From an uncultured Chitinophagales bacterium (GTDB lineage Bacteria > Bacteroidota > Rhodothermia > Balneolales > CAYWCV01), in contig CAZXGO010000005.1 in the NCBI GenBank assembly GCA_964640035.1, positions 8,997-63,280 on the forward strand: 54,284 nucleotides of DNA. Reading direction: 5' to 3'. The notes beneath the pieces were generated by a model. The model did no database searches. It was not told the origin of the DNA and worked only from the letters and a program-made list of their open reading frames with translations. Within the stretch, counting starts at the first letter, position 1. Each line of letters begins with the position of its first letter. Shown piece by piece: positions 10,355 through 18,900 of the stretch. The position numbers and the translations under genes were made by a program.

Positions 10355-11368
10355 TTGAACCAACAACAGAGCAATGTTTTTAAAGGTCTAATCAGCTTTC
10401 TCATAGCCATTGTTTTTCTGTGGTTGGCGGTTCGATCCATTCCTATCACCGATTTACAGGAAGTATGGCCGTCTATCCAATATTCCTGGTTGCTTTCGTT
10501 TATACCGATTACCCTATTAAGTCTTTGGTTACGTGCAGAACGATGGAAATTGCTCACCGAACACGATGACGTGGCATCTAGCAGGAGAGTATTATTTGCT
10601 GGGGTGATGTATGGATATGCGGTAAACTATGCCGTTCCACGATTGGGTGAATTTACCCGGTGCTACTATCTGGCAAAGAAAGAACAAAAGCCTGTCGCAG
10701 CGGTTCTGGGTACGGTGGTGCTCGAAAGAATCATTGATATGGTAGCACTACTCCTTCTTTTGGTCATCGTCTTTTTCTTTCTTCTGTCCGACAAAAGGAT
10801 CCTTTTGGTCTTAATGGGTATGGACGAACCAACGAATTGGATGAGTTTTTACTTAAAACTGGTGCTCTACGGAGTTTTGGTGCTGCTCTTTTCGTACGCC
10901 TCCTGGTTTGTATTCGGTAAGATTGCCGCGAAATCGGAACGTTTTGGCGCGTTTTATGCTAAAGTATCGATGGTTTTGTCTCATTTTAAAGAGGGATTTT
11001 TGTCCGTTAGGACCATCAAGCGACCCTTTTTCTTTCTAGTGCTAACACTGGGGATATGGGTATGCTATACGCTGATGACATTCATTCCTTTTGGTTTCAT
11101 TGAGGGTGGATTGCTTTCAAACCTTGGGATGAAGGAAGCATTGGTAATCACCGTCATATCGGCGGTAGGCGTGGCCATTCCATCTCCAGGTGGTATTGGA
11201 ACCTATCACCTCATTGTTCAACAGGGCCTGCATCTTTTCTATCAGATTCCTGAAGTCACCGGACTAGCATATGCCTTGATTTCGCATGCTAGTGTGATGA
11301 TTATCATCCTTAGTACAACGCCACTTTCGTTACTATTTGCGGCAAAACGTACCGTCAAGCCGCTCTAA
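10355..11368 (+). CDS. Lysylphosphatidylglycerol-synthase TM-region (flippase-like, UPF0104) membrane protein
   Basis: RAERW, N..VPRLGE..R, GTVVLERIID, PSPGGIGTYH and multiple TM helices. TTG start after AAGGAG. Confidence 0.85.
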   Translation: MNQQQSNVFKGLISFLIAIVFLWLAVRSIPITDLQEVWPSIQYSWLLSFIPITLLSLWLRAERWKLLTEHDDVASSRRVLFAGVMYGYAVNYAVPRLGEFTRCYYLAKKEQKPVAAVLGTVVLERIIDMVALLLLLVIVFFFLLSDKRILLVLMGMDEPTNWMSFYLKLVLYGVLVLLFSYASWFVFGKIAAKSERFGAFYAKVSMVLSHFKEGFLSVRTIKRPFFFLVLTLGIWVCYTLMTFIPFGFIEGGLLSNLGMKEALVITVISAVGVAIPSPGGIGTYHLIVQQGLHLFYQIPEVTGLAYALISHASVMIIILSTTPLSLLFAAKRTVKPL

Positions 11369-11386
11369 CAAGTCTGCTCTTCGTTT

Positions 11387-11408
11387 CGTATCTTATAAGG
11401 TTAAGATA
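11387..11408 (+). promoter_or_regulatory. Putative promoter box CGTATCTT overlapped by an inverted repeat (TATCTTA-N6-TAAGATA)
   Basis: Box at 11387-11394 matches the motif seen upstream of several genes in this window. IR arms at 11389-11395 and 11402-11408. Confidence 0.45.
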
Positions 11409-11430
11409 TACGCTTAAAATCCAGCCAGCC

Positions 11431-12579
11431 ATGCTTTCTTCTGCAGAGCGTCGACTTACTGCAATAATGTTCACCGATGTGGTTGGGTACAGTACGCTAA
11501 CGCAGCGTGATGAAGCGCTTGCTTTGGAGTTATTACAATTTCATCGGGATCTCGTTCGACCCATATTTCGATCTTTTGGAGGTAACGAAATCAAGACGAT
11601 GGGGGATGCATTTCTGGTTGAGTTTCAAAGTGCTATCCAGGCGGTAAAATGTGCCATAGCCATCCAGCGGGAGTTTAAACTCTACAATGCCTCGGTTGAA
11701 TCGGGTCGCGCCCTTCAATTGAGGATTGGTCTGCACATTGGGGATGTGGTTTTTGAATCGAATGATGTGTTTGGTGATGGCGTTAACCTGGCTTCCCGCA
11801 TCTATACGCAGGCATCGCCGGGTGGGATTTGTTTTACCCGATCCGTCTATGATCAGGTGTATAATAAGCTAGATGTGCCCATACGCAAGCTTGGTTCGCA
11901 ACGTCTGAAAAGTATACAACAGCCCGTAGAATTGTTTGCAATCGAGGTGGATCAGGCTCCGGTTGGTAGGAGGGTGTTGTTAAACCTTGGACTGGCCCTA
12001 ACAGTGGGTGCTCTTTTAGTCGCATCGTATTGGGCGTATACCCATTTTCAAACCCCAGTCAAGGAAGATTTGGTGCAAGAAGACAGTACGGTGGTGGCTC
12101 CTGTTGAGGATGAAATTACAAAGCCATCTCCAGTGGAATCAGGTGATGTAAGTACTAAACCTATGGCATCCGAACAAGAGGAACCTCTGAATACGCCGGC
12201 GGTGTCGAACGAGTCGGGGGTAGATGCGGCAAAAAAAAATGTTCCCACTCGGGAAAAATCATCAGACCCTCTGGATGCATTCAAAAAGAAATATGCCAGT
12301 GTTATGGCCACCTCAACATGGTATGATGTGCAGAGGGCCTTGGTTAGAAGTCGTGATATGGGCTCGCTGAATTTTTACCCCTCGCGAGATAGTCTGCCAA
12401 ATAGAGAGGGTGCAATGGTCATCGTCATTGATCCTAATGCCGCCAGCAACTCTTCTGTTGATGCCTTTCTATTGTTTACCGATTCTCGGTTTATTAACCT
12501 AAAAACGAATGAAGAAATAAGCTCTTTGTCGCAGCGTTACCCCGGGAAACGTGAAATTTGGGTTCGTTATCAGCAGTAA
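11431..12579 (+). CDS. Class III adenylate/guanylate cyclase, single TM helix, C-terminal extracytoplasmic domain of unknown function
   Basis: RRLTAIMFTDVVGYS, IKTMGDA, LRIGLHIGDV, DVFGDGVNLASRI. TM segment LLNLGLALTVGALLVASYWAY followed by a P/S/E-rich linker. Confidence 0.9.
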   Translation: MLSSAERRLTAIMFTDVVGYSTLTQRDEALALELLQFHRDLVRPIFRSFGGNEIKTMGDAFLVEFQSAIQAVKCAIAIQREFKLYNASVESGRALQLRIGLHIGDVVFESNDVFGDGVNLASRIYTQASPGGICFTRSVYDQVYNKLDVPIRKLGSQRLKSIQQPVELFAIEVDQAPVGRRVLLNLGLALTVGALLVASYWAYTHFQTPVKEDLVQEDSTVVAPVEDEITKPSPVESGDVSTKPMASEQEEPLNTPAVSNESGVDAAKKNVPTREKSSDPLDAFKKKYASVMATSTWYDVQRALVRSRDMGSLNFYPSRDSLPNREGAMVIVIDPNAASNSSVDAFLLFTDSRFINLKTNEEISSLSQRYPGKREIWVRYQQ

Positions 12580-12598
12580 TCATCATCCTTTTAAGCCC

Positions 12599-13597
12599 AT
12601 GAAATCGATTACCCTCTTTATTCAATGGATCTTTGTTGCATACTTGAGCGCCTCATCAGTACTTGCTCAGGCAAATAATGATGTAAGGGTTATTCTCACA
12701 GATGGACCAGGCAGAGACATCGTTGCCTTGCTTGAGTCGAATGCAAGCATCGTGATGTCGTCCATCAATCGCTTTAATCCAACTATTGGAAGGGTTGTTT
12801 TGCCTGACAATATTAAGGCGGGAGAGGGAATTTTTGGCCAAGAACGATTATCAGAGCTCATTCGGGAGACGGGAATACGTGTTACTTCACCCGAACTGCG
12901 TTCACAGGTTATTATGCTCAATAATAACACCTATGAAATACGACGAATGTATGTGACCACAGATGCTGAAAATGATCGTCAGTCGCTGGAGCTAATTTTA
13001 AGTTTTAATGCTGAGGGTAGATTAACAGACACCCGGTTTGCCATTGCTGAACACCAGTTTAATACCATCCTAGAGAGTGCAAAAAGCCTCGAAGAGGATT
13101 ACTATCTGCGTCAGATTATTAATTATATCGAACAGATTAAAACCGCATATAACAGAAAAGATGCTGACTATATCGAACTACAATTTAGTGATAAGGCCCT
13201 GATCATTACAGGTACACGCATTCAGGAGTTCGAGGGCGAGTCAAATATGGTAAGAGCGAGTGATAATGAGGTAGTCAGGGAAAAATTTCGACTCAATAAG
13301 CAAACAAAAGCGGAATACATGAGCCGCTTGCGTGATGTTATCTTTAAGAACAATGAATTCATCAATGTGGATTTCAGCGGTATTAACATCTATGTTCATC
13401 CAGATTATGAAAAAATCTATTGGGTTCAGGTTTTTCAAAAATGGTCTTCATCTACCTACTCTGATGAGGGATATCTTTCGTTTATGATTGACTTTGGTAA
13501 TGAAGATCAACCCTTGATCTATGTGAGGGCCTGGCAACCGGAGCCCTTTTCTGATGGCACCCTGATTGATTTGAATATGTTTGAAATCATCAAATAA
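12599..13597 (+). CDS. Exported protein with probable C-terminal NTF2-like domain
   Basis: Signal peptide from ATG 12599 (MKSITLF...SVLA|Q). AYNRKD..YIE..FSDKALIITG...Q.W.S.TYSDEGYL...DF...P.IYVRAWQP resembles NTF2-like Bacteroidota hypotheticals (from recall, not searched). Confidence 0.6.
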   Translation: MKSITLFIQWIFVAYLSASSVLAQANNDVRVILTDGPGRDIVALLESNASIVMSSINRFNPTIGRVVLPDNIKAGEGIFGQERLSELIRETGIRVTSPELRSQVIMLNNNTYEIRRMYVTTDAENDRQSLELILSFNAEGRLTDTRFAIAEHQFNTILESAKSLEEDYYLRQIINYIEQIKTAYNRKDADYIELQFSDKALIITGTRIQEFEGESNMVRASDNEVVREKFRLNKQTKAEYMSRLRDVIFKNNEFINVDFSGINIYVHPDYEKIYWVQVFQKWSSSTYSDEGYLSFMIDFGNEDQPLIYVRAWQPEPFSDGTLIDLNMFEIIK

Positions 13598-14946
13598 TGA
13601 AACGCTCTGAGTGTAGAGTCTATATGATGTCGCCGTTTAACTCATTCGTTGATTGCCTAAACCAGGGGTTTAGGCTGATCATGGTATGTGTGGTGCTCAT
13701 CGTAGTATTAAGCTCGAAGGCAGAAGCCGGTGATATGTTTGTTAGCTCCTATCCGAAGGCTGTTTTTGAGAAATGGTTACGTGATGTAGATGCCCAACAA
13801 GTGAACGAAGATGAGTATCGGCGTACTACGCTTTTGGGTCAGAGTTTTATACGCACGTACAACACGAATAAGGGCCAGCGTAAACTTGAAATTCATCGTA
13901 CCATCGATGGCTATATCTATGATATTGGTGAATATGTTGATTTGGGTTCTGTAGGCGACACCTACATTTCGTCTACTATTCAAATTATCACCTCTAGAAT
14001 CATTTGGGCTGCATTAACTCATAATGAACCCTATCTGCGAAGTGTTCTCGCCTCTGAACGTATTCATGTTGAATCGCCCTATTTAGGATCTAAAGAGTCT
14101 CAGGTTCTTGGGTTCGTACGAGCTAACCCCAATCTTCATGTTGGTAATTTTTATCTGAGCATATTTGAAGGCTCACCCGTGTTAGCCGCTGAAACGGATA
14201 ATAACTTTATCAAAATCAACATTAATCCTACCATAGACCTGCTTCTACAGGGTCAGGTAGTTTTATATCAGGAAATTTTACAAAAACGGCTAAAAAACGT
14301 GGAAAACTCAGCTGAAGAGCCTTTTTCTATCCACCCTGCCTATCAATTTGTACATTCTGAAACCCAGTTTTCTTATAAACTGCCAAAGATAAATTACTAT
14401 CAGAATGAACGATCATATTTGAGAAATGGGCCCCAAGATCAGTGGATACCTACCAATAGAGAACTCCTGGCTATTCCTGAAGGAAGGCTCGCTTCCCTTG
14501 TGGCTCATCGATGGGCAACCCTGGCACTCGATAAAGAGTATCGATACCGCGATGTTAACGTCGCTGATTCTTTTAAGGTTAATGTAGCCATTGAGGGAAA
14601 ACAGCTCGAACGAATAGAAATTAAATCAAATCAAGCCATAGAACGACTCGGAGATTTATTCGGCAGAGGCTTACCAGCCTATTACAATACCATTAGTGCA
14701 CAACGCCACGAAAATGACGAGGTTCACATCAAAGGCGTATGGCTAATTATAGATCCTGACCTGGCATACGAACATATCTTTAGAATAACGGATGTCTTTA
14801 GGCTCGATGATAATAGCCGATATGTTTGGATGGAATCTCAAATTGGGGCTATTTTAGGGGTACGAATAGATCATCTAAATCAAAGAAAGATTCAGATAGC
14901 GCCTACCAAAAAAGAATTGCCATTGTTTAAAATCAACGCAAATTAA
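13597..14946 (+). CDS. Hypothetical exported protein (start uncertain)
   Basis: 449-aa ORF with TAATG coupling to the upstream gene. Signal-peptide-like MVCVVLIVVLSSKAEA. No family recognised with confidence. Confidence 0.65.
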   Translation: MKRSECRVYMMSPFNSFVDCLNQGFRLIMVCVVLIVVLSSKAEAGDMFVSSYPKAVFEKWLRDVDAQQVNEDEYRRTTLLGQSFIRTYNTNKGQRKLEIHRTIDGYIYDIGEYVDLGSVGDTYISSTIQIITSRIIWAALTHNEPYLRSVLASERIHVESPYLGSKESQVLGFVRANPNLHVGNFYLSIFEGSPVLAAETDNNFIKININPTIDLLLQGQVVLYQEILQKRLKNVENSAEEPFSIHPAYQFVHSETQFSYKLPKINYYQNERSYLRNGPQDQWIPTNRELLAIPEGRLASLVAHRWATLALDKEYRYRDVNVADSFKVNVAIEGKQLERIEIKSNQAIERLGDLFGRGLPAYYNTISAQRHENDEVHIKGVWLIIDPDLAYEHIFRITDVFRLDDNSRYVWMESQIGAILGVRIDHLNQRKIQIAPTKKELPLFKINAN

Positions 14947-15020
14947 GTAAAATAAGCCGAAAATAACGAATACGAATTATAGTAGTCGAATCTTTAATCG
15001 ACAAATCACCGATCTCTAAC

Positions 15021-15935
15021 ATGATAAAAACACCCTATACTAAAAATAATACAATTGGACTATTAAATATAGTCAGATGGGGTGTATTCATCTGTATGAT
15101 GGTGTCGCATAGCACATTGGCGCAGACCAATGGAAATCCGAAATTGCTGAAATCGGGCAAATTTGCACTTGAATTCGTGGATATTCAGGAAACAGCCAAT
15201 GTTGTTCCACCCGTAACGGAAGATGAGGGCATCATACGAATACTTCTAGATCCGAGTGTTCTTAGATACTATTCGGCTAATGAGGTTCTTAACTGGATCA
15301 AAAACGATCAGCTTCAGATTAGAAATATCAAATTTGATCGTCAAAATGTTGTCTTAAGACCGGATGGCAGCATCAGTTTTCGATTCGAGTTTCTATTTAT
15401 GCCCAATACGAGTCGTATAGACAGGCACATCCAAATTAGAAATGTCCGTGATTTTGATATTTACTATCAATTACATGAACTACACCAACAGAAAATTACT
15501 AACTACAGACTACGGGTTGCAAATGAACCGGTTTATGACAATCCCCGAACGGGTAAAGTTGTATTTCGATCCAATCTACCTGAATATGCCATTGAATTTG
15601 TTGATCCCAACAACACCGTTCGACGATTCAATGTTTTAGATAAAGTTCAAGAATTGGACATGTTGCCGGGTCTGTATCGCCCCATTCGTCTTACAAAAAC
15701 GGGACATCTGGATGTTGAGGCTACTCAGATTGTGGAGGCCGATTCCACCTATTCTATCGATGTACAATTCAGGACAATCGAAGTTAATGCTATCCCAAGC
15801 CTGCGACCACAAAGAAACAGGCGTTGGATTGTCTGGACCCTTTCAGGAATTGTCGCTACCTCTGCAGCGGCAATCTACTTCTCAAATCAAAGTCAAAACC
15901 GCCTACCATTGCCTCCAGGACCGCCTACCAATTAA
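15021..15935 (+). CDS. Exported protein with PEGA-like domain and C-terminal hydrophobic anchor ending in LPLPPGPP
   Basis: Signal peptide (..STLA|Q). GKVVFRSN...L.PGLY..IRLTKTG PEGA-like pattern. RNRRW + hydrophobic stretch + Pro-rich end. Confidence 0.65.
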   Translation: MIKTPYTKNNTIGLLNIVRWGVFICMMVSHSTLAQTNGNPKLLKSGKFALEFVDIQETANVVPPVTEDEGIIRILLDPSVLRYYSANEVLNWIKNDQLQIRNIKFDRQNVVLRPDGSISFRFEFLFMPNTSRIDRHIQIRNVRDFDIYYQLHELHQQKITNYRLRVANEPVYDNPRTGKVVFRSNLPEYAIEFVDPNNTVRRFNVLDKVQELDMLPGLYRPIRLTKTGHLDVEATQIVEADSTYSIDVQFRTIEVNAIPSLRPQRNRRWIVWTLSGIVATSAAAIYFSNQSQNRLPLPPGPPTN

Positions 15936-15940
15936 GCTAC

Positions 15941-18900
15941 ATGAGCACAGTTAGAACACAACATAGTATTCCATTGATACAGAGAGCAACGAAAGTATGC
16001 TCTACGTATCGCATGCGATATGTTGTACTGTTTCTTTTTGTATTCATTCATGGTCAAACCCTGGCTCAAAGTTCTTCTCTTATTGATAAGCAACTTTCTT
16101 TTGGCACAGGCTTAAATGGCAAGGTACTCGCCACAACCTTTCACAATAATGCATTGTATGTCGGCGGTGAGTTTACAACTGCAGACGGTTCAACACTCAA
16201 TTATATCGCCAGATGGGATAAAGATCGTTGGAGACCCTTGTTGTCAGGCTTAAGCGGACCCGTCTATACTATGGTTAGTTTTCAGGGTAAGCTCTATGTC
16301 GGGGGAGATTTTAATACTGCTGGTGGTAAAACGGTCAATAATATTGCAACCTGGGATGGGTCAAGATGGGATGTGATGGGTTCAGGTTTCAATGACCCAG
16401 TCAAAGCAATTGCGGTTCACAATAATCAGATTCATGTTGGGGGTGATTTTACCTACTCAGGATTAAATCCCAGACAACGGATTGCTTTTTGGAATGGATC
16501 TTCATGGGAGCAGGTGGCTTCTACTGGACCTAATGGATCCGTAAACATGCTCTTATCCTTTGACGACAAACTCTTTGTTGGTGGATCGTTTACAACGATA
16601 GGATCACTTAACGTAAATAGCATTGCCTCATTTAATGGAGCTATATGGGCAAGTCTATCTGAAGAGCTGGAGGGGCCAGTCAACAGCTTGACGGCATATC
16701 AAGGTTCTCTTATTGCAGCAACAGCATCGTCAAATCCCTCATCTAGTGCTTTGAGACGCTGGACGGGAACCAGATGGGAAACGATGATGCAACGTATCGT
16801 CGGAACGGTTTACTCCCTTACTAGTCTTGACGAAACGCTCATTGTTGGTGGAAATTTCTTTACTGTCGTTGATACGGATACCATTCGAAATATGACGAGG
16901 CTCACAAACCAGCAGTGGGTACCATTGGGAAATCCAGATTCGACGGTCCATTCTTCTACCCTGAAGGATGATGTCATTTATTTTGGCGGCTCCTTCGAAA
17001 GTCATGATGGTATGAAACGGTCGTTTTATTCAAGACATGCGCTGACTACACCACAAAGGCCCATCATTTTATCCCCATCAAACAACAGTACAAGGGTAAG
17101 TATTCGCCCCAATCTCTCTTGGGAATCAAAAGCTGCATTTGGCTACAGAGTGCAAATTTCTAATCAGCAAAATTTCTCGACCTCTGAAATCGACACGATT
17201 CTTGTTGATTCTAATCAACTTAATCTCGAACTAAAGGAAGGATTAACAAGGTACTTTGTCCGGGTTTTAGGATCGAATAATATTGCCGAAAGCGAATGGT
17301 CTGAAGCCTCTAGTTTTACAACACTTCTACGATATCCTGAACAAATTGAACCACCTAGTGGACAAAACCTGGCCAGTAGTACCGTCGTTTTCAGATGGTC
17401 AGGCCTTCCTCAGGCTCTTTCGTATCGAATTCAAGTTTCAACATCAGCCGAAGAAGACCCAGACACCTCTTCATTACTGGTTAATCAATCTGGTATACCG
17501 GTCGAAGTAACGCAATTTACCTATGCTGGTTTACTGGATGATGCCACCTATTATTGGCGCATCAGTGCTGAATACAACGATGGCGTTGTGGTCGTGCCTA
17601 CAGATTGGTCTAGGTTCGTTCCTTTTACAGTAAATTTGGTTCCACCTTCTCCAATACCGTTGGTGCCATTTGACAATGTTGAGTTGGATTCATCGAACGT
17701 TGTTTTTCGATGGGGTACTGTTCCAACGGCATCTAATTATCAGTTTCAGTTATCTACGACTACCAATTTTGATGTGAATCTTTGGGAGCAATCAACAACC
17801 AATGACTCACTGACGATAACAGATTTAAAAGCATCCCAAATCTACTATTGGCGAGTTCGTTCACAAAACATTTCAGGTTCATCTCAATGGTCACTTGTCA
17901 AATCATTCAAAACAAAAAACGTTAAGCCATCCAAAGTGAACCTAATTGGTCCGGATGATCGTGAAAAGGACATTGTTTTAACACCGTTTTTAGTATGGTC
18001 TAGATCAATAGGGTCGTCGAGATATCAGTTAGAACTATCCAACTCAGGTACTTTTCCTGTGGGTTCAACGGCTGTATATCTCGTCGAGAATGATACTACA
18101 TATCAAGTACCCAAGCTTCAACAAGGTCTTGTATACTTCTGGCGTGTTACTGGTATCAATGAACATCAGGTGTTGGGCGAAACATCCGTTTCCAGATCAT
18201 TTACCACAATTAATGCACCCACTCTGACGTCTGCACCAAGTCTTATTAGTCCTGTAAACAACTCAGACAGTTTAAGTTCAACAGTTACCCTATCATGGCA
18301 AGCCATTTCAGGAGCCACTAAATACAGAATACAGTTATCGAGAGACCTTGATTTCATGCAGCTTATTCTCGACAACAAAAATGTGACAGCAAGTCAACTT
18401 CAAGTAGACAACCTCTTACCATCCGAGACCTATTATTGGCGTGTTACAGCCATAAATCAAGCTGGTGATGGCCCCTGGTCTTCGAAATGGTCGTTTTCTA
18501 CAAACGTCATCATACCAGCCCCTCCTTCGCTCTTATTGCCGTCTAATGCTTCTGTTAAAGTAAGCCTTCCGCCTGTCTTACACTGGAACGCTGTGCAAGG
18601 TGCGGAGTCGTATCAGATTCAAGTATCAACACAATCCAATCTCACCGAAAGTACCCCCATTTTATCTTCGAATTCGAACTCGATTACTATCACCACAGCA
18701 ACGCATCGAACCCCATATTACTGGAGAGTAAGGGCTGTCAACAAAGCTGGTGTTAGTGAGTGGAGTGCTGCTTGGGTGTTTACCACTATCACGAATGTCG
18801 CCGAGCAGGTTACATTGGTGAGTCCGACTGACTTGGCGAGAAACATTCCGCAAACCATATTATTGCAGTGGGCTCCTCTGAATCAGGTGCGATCCTATCG

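Noticed and set aside
11360-11410. Integron attC-like site (TCTAAC...GTTAAGA) at the left edge of the accessory cluster
   Set aside because: Only ~45 bp, imperfect R boxes, no L boxes, no similar sites between the downstream genes and no integrase in the window.
14947-15020. A-rich intergenic with repeated CGAA and a GTCGA/TCGAC IR
   Set aside because: Irregular spacing and only 5-bp arms, compatible with chance.
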